A DNA stretch of 64,000 nt from positions 1-64,000 of IMG/VR virus record IMGVR_UViG_3300036770_003657; one strand, given 5' to 3'. Made by a program: the position numbers and the translations under genes. Numbering within the stretch: position 1 is the stretch's first letter; each line of letters begins with the position of its first letter. Under the pieces are notes generated by a model. It was not told where the DNA came from and searched no databases. It saw only the letters and a program-made list of their open reading frames with translations. This document shows positions 16,619 through 24,294 of this stretch, piece by piece.

Positions 16619-16792
16619 ATGCAAAAAGTATATAATTTGTTTTTTTATAACGACAGCAACGAGCGTGAGCACTGGGGTACATACGGCACAAAAGTGGCTG
16701 CTGAGCGGGCCATTGTAGAGACGCAAGAGGAGTTTGGCAGTGACATTTTTGCAACAGAACAGTTTAGCATAGAGACTAGCACAGTAGCATAA
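16619..16792 (+). CDS. Early hypothetical protein (57 aa)
   Basis: Exactly fills the space between boxes 8 and 9. Confidence 0.7.
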   Translation: MQKVYNLFFYNDSNEREHWGTYGTKVAAERAIVETQEEFGSDIFATEQFSIETSTVA

Positions 16793-16833
16793 TACCCACA
16801 GAGGTTGACAGGTCTTTAGAAGGCCTGTATAAT
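16791..16833 (+). promoter_or_regulatory. Boxed early promoter 9
   Basis: AATACCC-N7-TTGACA-GGTCTTTAGAAGGCCTG-TATAAT; spacer identical to boxes 3 and 4. Confidence 0.9.
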
Positions 16834-16862
16834 GCTTGTATAGTAAACAAAAGGAGCGAAAA

Positions 16863-17066
16863 ATGGGATTTGAAAAGCGTGTTATAGAAGTGGTCAGAAC
16901 TGTTACAGACGCAGAAGCACATTTCTATGAGGGTTCACTGTTCCTGCATACAGCAGACAGAGACATAGCAGTGCTGGTCTACAATGCCCTGCGTAAAAGG
17001 GTAACAGGCAGGCTGGCATTTGGTCCTGCAGGCGAATTTGAAACTGTATACGATTTTTTAGCATAA
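16863..17066 (+). CDS. Early hypothetical protein
   Basis: GGAGCGAAA RBS. Confidence 0.75.
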   Translation: MGFEKRVIEVVRTVTDAEAHFYEGSLFLHTADRDIAVLVYNALRKRVTGRLAFGPAGEFETVYDFLA

Positions 17067-17075
17067 GGACTAGAC

Positions 17076-17396
17076 ATGTTAAAATTACATAAGGTAGAAC
17101 AGTTAGAGGATATGATTACTATACGCTTTGACTGTGACTTTTTTGTAACAATGGCTGGAGACGGCTTGTGGGGCTGTGAGGCTGGACGCAAGGTGCGAGT
17201 GTTCACCATAGATGTTAACATAAGAGACAATATGCGAGTTGAGGTCAATGTGGGACACGACAGCAATTGGGATATCTATACTGATACGGCTTTTGAGCGA
17301 GCAATCAGTGATAGGTTAGGCATCCCAGTAGGCTTTACAGAACAGGGTATGCAGGACGACGAGATGGCTAGTATGGAGGCTAAGGTATGCGTATAG
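17076..17396 (+). CDS. Early hypothetical protein
   Basis: GDGLW...IYTD..FE...FTEQGMQ pattern; AAGGA SD. Confidence 0.75.
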   Translation: MLKLHKVEQLEDMITIRFDCDFFVTMAGDGLWGCEAGRKVRVFTIDVNIRDNMRVEVNVGHDSNWDIYTDTAFERAISDRLGIPVGFTEQGMQDDEMASMEAKVCV

Positions 17397-17623
17397 TACA
17401 TGACTATGGACTGGTTAGGGTTGTGAGCTTGGGAGACCCATTTGCTAACACCTACGATATCCGTTGTGAAGTTTATGACGAGGCAGCAGACATTTGGAGG
17501 CTATGGCATGGCTTTAACAGCCTAAGCGATGACTATGCCTACACCAATGCTCGTGAGGCTGCTGGTCGTGCTATAAAGGAGTTGGCCCGACTAAAGGCAG
17601 AGGCACTCGTAGGCGCTAAATAA
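17387..17623 (+). CDS. Early hypothetical protein
   Basis: GGAGG SD; FNSLSDDYAYTNAR. Confidence 0.7.
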   Translation: MRIVHDYGLVRVVSLGDPFANTYDIRCEVYDEAADIWRLWHGFNSLSDDYAYTNAREAAGRAIKELARLKAEALVGAK

Positions 17624-17630
17624 CATCCAA

Positions 17631-17715
17631 GCTCCAATGGCGTAATAGGTAGCCGCACGGGACTTAAAATCCCGGGTCGAGAGGCGTCCCGGTTCGAGTC
17701 CGGGTTGGAGCACCA
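17631..17715 (+). tRNA. tRNA-Leu(TAA)
   Basis: GCTCCAA/TTGGAGC acceptor stem, CGGGA-CTTAAAA-TCCCG arm, long variable arm, CCA. Confidence 0.93.
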
Positions 17716-17718
17716 AAT

Positions 17719-17793
17719 ACCACCGTCGTTCAACGGATAGGACAGGAGTCTTCTAAACTCTAAATGGGGGTTCGATTCCCTCCGGTGGTGCCA
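17719..17793 (+). tRNA. tRNA-Arg(TCT)
   Basis: ACCACCG/CGGTGGT acceptor stem, GGAGT-CTTCTAA-ACTCT arm, GGTTCGA, CCA. Confidence 0.92.
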
Positions 17794-17811
17794 TACAACA
17801 AAGGACAAGAC

Positions 17812-18051
17812 ATGGGTTGGGTTGTATACACAGAACAACATGGACAGATCATCAGGTACTATAAGACATCTGGACCAGCCAAGAGGTTGGTGAACCAGCA
17901 CAATAGACTGGTGGACCAGCGTGGTTTCAGCTGGTCCAAGGGTAAGGTGGCCTGCTGCCCTTTCCCACAGTTCGAAGGTGTGCTCTTGGGCCTACGAGGA
18001 GAAGAACTAAAGATGTGGCAATTTTTCAACAGTAAGGGAATACCCACATAG
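17812..18051 (+). CDS. Early hypothetical protein
   Basis: AAGGA SD; stop inside box 10. Confidence 0.7.
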   Translation: MGWVVYTEQHGQIIRYYKTSGPAKRLVNQHNRLVDQRGFSWSKGKVACCPFPQFEGVLLGLRGEELKMWQFFNSKGIPT

Positions 18052-18081
18052 GTTGACAGGTCTTTGCTTTGATACTATAAT
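18039..18081 (+). promoter_or_regulatory. Boxed early promoter 10
   Basis: AATACCC-N7-TTGACA-GGTCTTT...TATAAT. Confidence 0.9.
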
Positions 18082-18111
18082 ATCTCTATAGTAAACAACA
18101 AGGAGCAGCAA

Positions 18112-18303
18112 ATGGGCTACAAGGTACTAGGCAAGTTTGAAGATGTTATGCAAGGCTTTGGCCCACGCAAAGGTCTAGAAGGTCCCTTCAACTTTAACGG
18201 CCGTGTGTTGTATTACGACAACAAGGAAGGCAAGTACTACGACCCACGTACTGACTTCTATGTCAGTTACGATGAGTGGTTCCAATTAGCAGGTCTTAAG
18301 TAA
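18112..18303 (+). CDS. Conserved small phage protein
   Basis: GLEGPF...GRVLYYDxKEGxYYDPxTDFY; GGAGC RBS. Confidence 0.8.
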   Translation: MGYKVLGKFEDVMQGFGPRKGLEGPFNFNGRVLYYDNKEGKYYDPRTDFYVSYDEWFQLAGLK

Positions 18304-18313
18304 GGAGATTGAC

Positions 18314-18487
18314 ATGATTGAGCGTAATCTAAATGCAGCGGGTCGGAGAGCCAATGTGCTGTTCGGCTTTGTTGAGGTGGTAGACGGCTTGGTCAGAGTA
18401 TTGAGCTTGGGCTTCCTCCACACCCGCCTGTGCCTAATCGTTACCCGTTGGCAAGTCCGTCGGGCTTTCCAAAACCGTAGAGGTTGA
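18314..18487 (+). CDS. Early hypothetical protein (57 aa)
   Basis: AAGGAG SD; stop is the TGA of the next -35. Confidence 0.6.
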   Translation: MIERNLNAAGRRANVLFGFVEVVDGLVRVLSLGFLHTRLCLIVTRWQVRRAFQNRRG

Positions 18488-18512
18488 CACTAGCACCGAA
18501 AGGTGCTATACT
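18470..18512 (+). promoter_or_regulatory. Variant early promoter with spacer hairpin
   Basis: TTGACA-17-TATACT; TAGCACC-GAAA-GGTGCTA replaces the right half-box; leader shared with box 11. Confidence 0.8.
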
Positions 18513-18542
18513 ATGGTTACAGTGAACAACAAGGAGCGGCAA

Positions 18543-18713
18543 ATGGATCAAGCAATCTACGTTATAGAAGGTGTTGGTGAGTACGGCTTGGACCTGGATC
18601 ACAGCCCAGGAGTTGGCGGCTACTATGTCAAACTCTACGATGGATCCTACGATGCCAGTGGCTTTGACACTGAACGAGAAGCACGAGAAGAACTGGAGTA
18701 CCTAACCCAATGA
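18543..18713 (+). CDS. Early hypothetical protein
   Basis: GGAGCG RBS. Confidence 0.7.
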   Translation: MDQAIYVIEGVGEYGLDLDHSPGVGGYYVKLYDGSYDASGFDTEREAREELEYLTQ

Positions 18714-18880
18714 ACACCGAGGAGCAGGAGATCTCTTACTATGTGGTCATAGAGCACGAGGGCGAAACTGCTCGCTTAGAGTGTGCTAGCCTTGAAGAAG
18801 CACAGCGGGTAAGGCAAAGTTTTGTCAACTGGGGTGGCTACCAATCTGTTGAGATTCTCAGCAAAGACCCTACAGGTTGA
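18710..18880 (+). CDS. Early hypothetical protein (56 aa)
   Basis: GGAG SD, ATGA overlap; stop is the TGA of the next -35. Confidence 0.65.
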   Translation: MNTEEQEISYYVVIEHEGETARLECASLEEAQRVRQSFVNWGGYQSVEILSKDPTG

Positions 18881-18905
18881 CAGGGTATTCAAACGGTGCT
18901 ATACT
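18863..18905 (+). promoter_or_regulatory. Boxed early promoter 11
   Basis: AAAGACC-N7-TTGACA-GGGTATT...TATACT. Confidence 0.9.
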
Positions 18906-18935
18906 ATGGTTACAGTGAACAACAAGGAGCAAGAA

Positions 18936-19160
18936 ATGAACGAAAGAATCCGAGAACTTGCTGAACAGGCTGAATGGCGATTTGCCGACCGAGCAACAGG
19001 TAATTTTTCCGAATATGATCAACGATTAGAAAAGTTCGCCGAGTTGATTGTACGGAATTGTATTGTAGACTTTTACAGAAATTACCTAGATACCACTAGT
19101 GATGAAGATATCACCAAGCAGGTTGATAGATATGTAAAACAACAATTTGGAGTTGAATAA
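18936..19160 (+). CDS. Small phage protein, 'EKFAELIV' paralog family, in cassette form
   Basis: MNERIRELAEQA...EKFAELIVRNC...QFGVE. Confidence 0.8.
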   Translation: MNERIRELAEQAEWRFADRATGNFSEYDQRLEKFAELIVRNCIVDFYRNYLDTTSDEDITKQVDRYVKQQFGVE

Positions 19161-19198
19161 CCCTACAGGTTGACAGGTCTTTGGAACGGCACTATAAT
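19156..19198 (+). promoter_or_regulatory. Boxed early promoter 12
   Basis: AATAACC-N7-TTGACA-GGTCTTT...TATAAT. Confidence 0.9.
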
Positions 19199-19227
19199 AG
19201 ACACATAGTAAACAAAAGGAGCGATAG

Positions 19228-19344
19228 ATGAGCAAGTTGGATAGAGTGTTAGATGAACTGTTTTGGTTGGCTCTTTTTGCCATCCCCCCAGTGTTCGTTG
19301 TAACCTGTGTGAGTGGTATTGTTTACGGCCTGTTGTTTAGGTAA
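19228..19344 (+). CDS. 38-aa single-TM micro-protein
   Basis: GGAGCGAT RBS; fills the cassette between boxes 12 and 13. Confidence 0.7.
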   Translation: MSKLDRVLDELFWLALFAIPPVFVVTCVSGIVYGLLFR

Positions 19345-19385
19345 TACCCACATAGGTTGACAGGTCTTTGGAACGGTTGTATAAT
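19343..19385 (+). promoter_or_regulatory. Boxed early promoter 13
   Basis: AATACCC-N7-TTGACA-GGTCTTT...TATAAT. Confidence 0.9.
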
Positions 19386-19472
19386 ATGGTTATAGTAAGC
19401 AAGCAGGGGCGAACAGACAAATTGCTTAGGCAGATGACCCCTGTGGACTTACCCAACATTTAGGAGCAACAA

Positions 19473-19772
19473 ATGGCCAAACTTATGATCCAGACCCAAG
19501 TACTTGAAAACTACGGCACTGAGTTCCGTCCACGCTGGAAAGCCAAAGGAGGCGACGACTATGTGGTACCCAACTTCACCCAATTCAATGACATCCACGC
19601 CGCTATCGATAGCATCAGGCAGCAGATTGAGACCGATAACAGTTTCTACCAGGAGTACATCGTTGACTGGTACGTGGCTGAGGACAACGAACTCACTAAG
19701 TGGGAACAACAGCAACTCGATCTCGACGGCAGGATCATCTACCCGGCAAAAGAGCTGGTGGCTGTAGCCTAA
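19473..19772 (+). CDS. Conserved hypothetical phage protein
   Basis: KLMIQTQVLENY...WKAKGG.DY pattern; GGAGC RBS. Confidence 0.8.
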   Translation: MAKLMIQTQVLENYGTEFRPRWKAKGGDDYVVPNFTQFNDIHAAIDSIRQQIETDNSFYQEYIVDWYVAEDNELTKWEQQQLDLDGRIIYPAKELVAVA

Positions 19773-19782
19773 GGAGCAGACA

Positions 19783-19992
19783 ATGATAGAACTACACGGA
19801 TTGACCCGCAAGCAACGAATCCTAGCGGACACTCTTTGGAACAAATGCCAAAGCCAACAGGAAGTTGACTACATTCTCCAAACCTTTGGAGTGGATGCTC
19901 GTATTGTATACGAGATGATGTTGGCCCACAGCATGGACCAATATACACAAACGGATGAGGCTATGATGGTACTAGAGAGGTTTATGCTATGA
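19783..19992 (+). CDS. Early hypothetical protein
   Basis: AAGGAGC RBS. Confidence 0.7.
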   Translation: MIELHGLTRKQRILADTLWNKCQSQQEVDYILQTFGVDARIVYEMMLAHSMDQYTQTDEAMMVLERFML

Positions 19993-20270
19993 GGGTAGAA
20001 GCCATACACGGTGCAGGCTCCAGTGCTAGGGAGGTCATGATGGAGATGTGGAAGATGTCAATGACCCAGAGACTTATGCAGGACATGAAGAACAGGGTAA
20101 ACGGACAAAGCCGCCATCATAGCCAAGACATTATGGTGAACAGTGTGGGATCAGAGAACATCCATAGCCGTCCAGATAAGGACCGTCCACAGCCAGTTGA
20201 GCCTGCTGTGAAGATACATCTTAGTCCACAGGCCCAACTTATGGCCAAGATCAATACCCACACAGATTGA
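19989..20270 (+). CDS. Early hypothetical protein
   Basis: ATGA overlap; stop is the TGA of the next -35. Confidence 0.6.
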   Translation: MRVEAIHGAGSSAREVMMEMWKMSMTQRLMQDMKNRVNGQSRHHSQDIMVNSVGSENIHSRPDKDRPQPVEPAVKIHLSPQAQLMAKINTHTD

Positions 20271-20295
20271 CAGGTCTTTGGAATGAGTGCATAAT
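20253..20295 (+). promoter_or_regulatory. Boxed early promoter 14
   Basis: AATACCC-N7-TTGACA-GGTCTTT...CATAAT. Confidence 0.88.
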
Positions 20296-20325
20296 ACGAA
20301 CATACTAACACAACGGAGCAACAAG

Positions 20326-20541
20326 ATGCAAACCCTACTAGTTCATACCCTTGTACAATTCATCCTCAAGCGTCGTGCAGACTATCCCAGACATTTTAGC
20401 ATCAAACGAAGTGAACTTAACATTGTGGCATATCATAGTTTGGGTGTGGAGAGCCTCCGTTATATGACTGTGAAGAACTTAGAGACTGTGGCTTCAATGG
20501 TCAATGGTACTTACGAAAAGGCTCGTATAGAGTTCAACTAA
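20326..20541 (+). CDS. Early hypothetical protein
   Basis: GGAGC RBS; stop overlaps box 15. Confidence 0.7.
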   Translation: MQTLLVHTLVQFILKRRADYPRHFSIKRSELNIVAYHSLGVESLRYMTVKNLETVASMVNGTYEKARIEFN

Positions 20542-20582
20542 TACCCACACAGATTGACAGGTCTTTGGAACGAGTGCATAAT
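20540..20582 (+). promoter_or_regulatory. Boxed early promoter 15
   Basis: 50/51-nt identical to box 14 and its first leader bases. Confidence 0.88.
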
Positions 20583-20588
20583 ACGAAC

Positions 20589-20915
20589 ATGAAGACAAAA
20601 CGAACAGCCCGTAAAGACAGCACGTTCATCATCTACGAAGTCGTTGCTAGCGACGGCAACAATTACATTGGACTTACTCGTAAGGGTACTACCACTGTAG
20701 CAAAGGCCGTTGCTGAACGATGGAGAAAGCATAAGAGTCGTGCTCGTAACGAACAGAGAGACTGGGCCCTATACACTCACTTACGCAACGGTGGACTGGA
20801 CATGGAGTGGGAACACAAGATCATAGCCATTGTTAGAGGTCGTGCTGAAGCATATGCACAAGAGCGCTGTGTTGTACGAGAACAACAACCCACACTGAAT
20901 ACACAATACAACTAA
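20589..20915 (+). CDS. GIY-YIG family nuclease (minimal domain), leaderless
   Basis: IIYEV...NYIGLT...ERWRKH...AYAQE...LN; ATG 7 nt after the -10. Confidence 0.8.
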   Translation: MKTKRTARKDSTFIIYEVVASDGNNYIGLTRKGTTTVAKAVAERWRKHKSRARNEQRDWALYTHLRNGGLDMEWEHKIIAIVRGRAEAYAQERCVVREQQPTLNTQYN

Positions 20916-20956
20916 TAACCCTACAGGTTGACAGGGTATTGGAACACTGCTATACT
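20914..20956 (+). promoter_or_regulatory. Boxed early promoter 16
   Basis: AATAACC-N7-TTGACA-GGGTATT...TATACT. Confidence 0.9.
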
Positions 20957-20985
20957 GTTAACACTTAAACACAACGGAGCAACAA

Positions 20986-21321
20986 ATGAGCAAAGACACA
21001 TTAGACATTGTTAAACTTACTGTAGAAGTAGGCCTCAACGTAGCACACAAAGCGGCACAGGACTTCCTCGCTACACACGGGGACAGGGACGCTTGCGGCT
21101 TTGCTTGGGTTACTGTATACGAGAAGGGTAGTACTAAGCTTGGGCGTGCGCTACTCAAGTGTGGCTTCCGTAAGGAGTACGGGGGTGGACTTACTATGTG
21201 GAACCCCAGCGGCTTAGGCGTACAGAGCATCAACGTTAAAGAAGAAGGCGCTGAGGCTTTTGCTAAGTTTATTAGAGAACACTTGGGCGTTAAGGCCTAC
21301 GCACAGAGTAGAATGGATTGA
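20986..21321 (+). CDS. Conserved hypothetical phage protein
   Basis: CGFAWV...QS...KE.GA.AFA...SRMD pattern; GGAGC RBS. Confidence 0.8.
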   Translation: MSKDTLDIVKLTVEVGLNVAHKAAQDFLATHGDRDACGFAWVTVYEKGSTKLGRALLKCGFRKEYGGGLTMWNPSGLGVQSINVKEEGAEAFAKFIREHLGVKAYAQSRMD

Positions 21322-21340
21322 AAAGTTGAAACTCCTTTTG

Positions 21341-21375
21341 GTCCAGGTGGCTATACGGTCCCTGGACTTTTTTTT
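21341..21375 (+). terminator. Intrinsic terminator closing the cassette array
   Basis: GTCCAGG...CCTGGAC followed by T8. Confidence 0.75.
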
Positions 21376-21596
21376 GGCTCTGGTGGCATGGTGGTGGAGG
21401 CTTATAAAAATAAATTATATATTATATAGCGCTGCTGCTACAGAACCCATGGTGGCAGAAAAACCCCCTGAAAACTCTAAGTACTTCATATAAATTTTTC
21501 GTAGCGCAGAATTTTTTATGCTGTAGACCCGGTTCGGCTTCTGTGCTATAAGTTTCTGTAATATTCTTGTAAATAAGGGTGAATAGGGGAGCGGCC

Positions 21597-21761
21597 ATGG
21601 ATTTAAACTATTACACTGCGCTAACACCAGAAGAAGTCAACCGTAAGTTAAATGAAGTCTTTGCCAAGGAAATAGTATGGCAGCGTGAGGAATTATTAAG
21701 ACAGCGGGCGTTAATAGATCAACAAACTGAACAAATAGTTAAACTATTATTAAGTAAGTAG
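21597..21761 (+). CDS. Small coiled-coil protein
   Basis: GTAAATA at 21569 and GGGGAG SD before ATG 21597. Confidence 0.55.
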   Translation: MDLNYYTALTPEEVNRKLNEVFAKEIVWQREELLRQRALIDQQTEQIVKLLLSK

Positions 21762-21811
21762 TTAACCCAATAAATTCTTTTTACCGTAGTCGCTTCGCGA
21801 GGCCTTCGGCA

Positions 21812-22684
21812 TCATACGTAATTTTTAGGGATCAAGTTTCTAAGTAGTTCATCTTCAGGAGTACCGAAATCTGGTTCATAGTTGTATTGCCAACGTACTA
21901 AAGGTGGCATACTCATCAGTATACTTTCAGTACGACCATTGCTCTGTAGACCAAACAGTGTGCCTCTGTCATAGACCAAGTTAAATTCAACATATCTACC
22001 TCTGCGATAAAGTTGCCATTCTCTTTCCCGTTCACCGTAACTCATGTCTAATCTTTGACCAACAATAGGGGCATAGCCTTTCAAAAAAGCATGTCCAGTG
22101 GACTGTACTAACTTACTGCCTAGTTCACTATCAATGTCGTCAAAAAATATGCCACCTATGCCTCTAGCTTCGTTACGATGTTTAAGATGAAAATAATGAT
22201 CACACCATTGTTTATATTTAGGATAGAGGGTAGGATCTATAGGATCTAGTGCCTCTTTACAGGTCTTGTGCCAGTGTACAGCATCTTGTTCATAGTAGTA
22301 ATATGGTGTTAGATCCATGCCACCACCGTACCAACTAGTGCCATCTTCTGTTGTAAACATACGTACATTAGCATGTACAGTGGGAATGTATGGATTACGT
22401 GGGTGTATGACCAAACTCACTCCCATAGCCTCCCAGTGTTGATTGGGGTCAATGGTCCTATGTGCTGTAGCACTTTCTGGTAGTCTAGTTCCCTTAACAT
22501 GGCTAAAGTTAACGCCACCACGTTCGAAAACATTACCGTTTTCTATCAATATACTAGTGCCACCACCACCTTCTGGTCTACGCCAACTATCTGACTTAAA
22601 GGGTCTTCCATCAATGTTTTCCAACCCTTCTACTATTGTTGTTTGTAAGTTTTTAAAAAATTCTAGTGCTTGATCTTTTAACAT
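21812..22684 (-). CDS. hemF: Oxygen-dependent coproporphyrinogen III oxidase
   Basis: [69 protein letters not shown]. Confidence 0.97.
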   Translation of the reverse strand: MLKDQALEFFKNLQTTIVEGLENIDGRPFKSDSWRRPEGGGGTSILIENGNVFERGGVNFSHVKGTRLPESATAHRTIDPNQHWEAMGVSLVIHPRNPYIPTVHANVRMFTTEDGTSWYGGGMDLTPYYYYEQDAVHWHKTCKEALDPIDPTLYPKYKQWCDHYFHLKHRNEARGIGGIFFDDIDSELGSKLVQSTGHAFLKGYAPIVGQRLDMSYGEREREWQLYRRGRYVEFNLVYDRGTLFGLQSNGRTESILMSMPPLVRWQYNYEPDFGTPEDELLRNLIPKNYV

Positions 22685-22690
22685 AGTCAG

Positions 22691-22945
22691 CTATTTAGTA
22701 TAGCCTCTACGTGTCCATTGTGACTTTTTATTTTTTTCCCAGTATTCTTTGTACAGGTTCATGTCTCCCTTGAAGTGTTCTTCAACGAATAAATCGCTAA
22801 TATCCAAGCATCGCATAACATCTTTAGGTTCAAGTTGTCCTTTCATATAGGCTGTGTCACAGTCCCAATAAAGTTGTTCAAGGTCGTATTTTGGCACAGG
22901 TGAAACCTGTAGTTGTGTGGCTATTAAAAATTCTAATATCATCAA
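22691..22945 (-). CDS. Hypothetical protein
   Basis: AGGAGC SD; 84 aa. Confidence 0.6.
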   Translation of the reverse strand: MMILEFLIATQLQVSPVPKYDLEQLYWDCDTAYMKGQLEPKDVMRCLDISDLFVEEHFKGDMNLYKEYWEKNKKSQWTRRGYTK

Positions 22946-22964
22946 CGCTCCTAGTAAATAAAGT

Positions 22965-23234
22965 ATGAGTACATTTGATGATTTTGATATTGGTAGTAAT
23001 ATTAACAGTGCTGTAATTAAGAGTTACAGTACTGACCTACGTAATCCAGGGAATTTCCTACACACTACCTGTGCTCTGCCTGCCATATATTATGATTTTG
23101 AGGCACAGCGTCGTCACAGTGATAAGTTAAAGATCAATCGTCCCACATTTCGCGAAAGCGGCCCTGGCTATGTATCACCGTCCACGCCACCTCAGCAAGA
23201 AAGTCAAAGTGACGAATCATCAACTCTAGATTAG
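22965..23234 (+). CDS. Hypothetical protein
   Basis: GTAAATA 5 nt upstream; 3' end overlaps a convergent gene by 100 nt. Confidence 0.4.
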   Translation: MSTFDDFDIGSNINSAVIKSYSTDLRNPGNFLHTTCALPAIYYDFEAQRRHSDKLKINRPTFRESGPGYVSPSTPPQQESQSDESSTLD

Positions 23235-23562
23235 TGTCTGGGCCTGTATGTTGTAATAATCTTGTATAGCAGCCTTGTCCTAAGTCTGTATAATAGCTGG
23301 CACTAATGCCTCTGCGTTCTCCAAGTTGTGGGAATACGGCACGAGTAAACCAGCAAGTGTCACCAAGCCATTTTAGAGTAGATGGTGTTCGTGCTGTGAG
23401 ATATTGTTCAGCATAGCTGGGTTCAGGTTGCCAAGGATTTTTATCTACTTTGTTCACCAAAATAGAAACCATTGAGTCTTGTAAACTCTTTGGGATCCGC
23501 CAACCCTGCCTATCTAGGGTTTCAGTAAACAGATCAGAGAAGGCTAGTTCTAGACCTTTCAA
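23134..23562 (-). CDS. Hypothetical protein resembling a bacterial conserved family
   Basis: LGDxxxF...YYxxxGxxxY...FxxLxEV pattern; ATAAATA upstream on the - strand. Confidence 0.6.
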   Translation of the reverse strand: MKGLELAFSDLFTETLDRQGWRIPKSLQDSMVSILVNKVDKNPWQPEPSYAEQYLTARTPSTLKWLGDTCWFTRAVFPQLGERRGISASYYTDLGQGCYTRLLQHTGPDTNLELMIRHFDFLAEVAWTVIHSQGRFREMWDD

Positions 23563-23627
23563 TATATTGCTCTATTCATTTGTATTTATTGATAAGTATG
23601 CTATAATAGCAGATAAGGGAGAATTCT

Positions 23628-23855
23628 ATGAATAAAAATCTAATTACTGAACAATATAATACAGAATCTACTCCTAATAGTAATAACAGCCCTTTGAGCA
23701 CAGGCAGTGATCTTGTGGCCAAGAACCCACAGGACTATGACCTAGTGCGTGTCCTACAGCGCCAAATACAGCAACTTACCCAGGAAATACGTAAACTACA
23801 CAATCGTCATCGTGAACTACACAGTGAGATCGAAAGACTCAAAAGTAGGCAATAA
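23628..23855 (+). CDS. Coiled-coil hypothetical protein
   Basis: GGGAG SD; heptad-rich C-terminus. Confidence 0.6.
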   Translation: MNKNLITEQYNTESTPNSNNSPLSTGSDLVAKNPQDYDLVRVLQRQIQQLTQEIRKLHNRHRELHSEIERLKSRQ

Positions 23856-23862
23856 ATACTAT

Positions 23863-24294
23863 ATGATATTCAATTTATATGCTGTATTAAAATGGTTTGA
23901 GCGCACTTGGCGATTTTGGGTAGCTTTAGTATTTGTGTTCAATGTGGCCTATATCATACATAATTATAGATTAGCCACAGTTCCAGTACCAGTTCAGCCA
24001 CAGATCATTGAACCAGTGGAGGATAAACAAGACCAATTAGACATGTTGATTAAACGCATTGATGCATTGGAAAAGCGTATTGAAGACCAGCAAAAAGTTA
24101 TCTCATGGTATGACACCTATAAGCAAGCCAATGAAACTAATTTCAAACGATTGGACAAGAATCAGCAAAATCAAATTGATGTTCTCAAACGCATGTGTGA
24201 ATACATATGGGTAATCACCATAGATAAGAAAATTGTTCCTAGACAGTGTTATCCAGAGTATAACTGGCGTAGGGAAGAAATACGTGGAAACTAA
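23863..24294 (+). CDS. Membrane-anchored coiled-coil protein
   Basis: ATAAATA at 23852 then ATG 23863; TM helix FWVALVFVFNVAYII. Confidence 0.65.
   Translation: MIFNLYAVLKWFERTWRFWVALVFVFNVAYIIHNYRLATVPVPVQPQIIEPVEDKQDQLDMLIKRIDALEKRIEDQQKVISWYDTYKQANETNFKRLDKNQQNQIDVLKRMCEYIWVITIDKKIVPRQCYPEYNWRREEIRGN

Noticed and set aside
19404-19443. Hammerhead ribozyme or ZTP riboswitch (CAGATGA, GGCGAACAG)
   Set aside because: Core CUGAUGA/GAAA and pfl consensus residues and stems are not satisfied; kept only as an unclassified structure.
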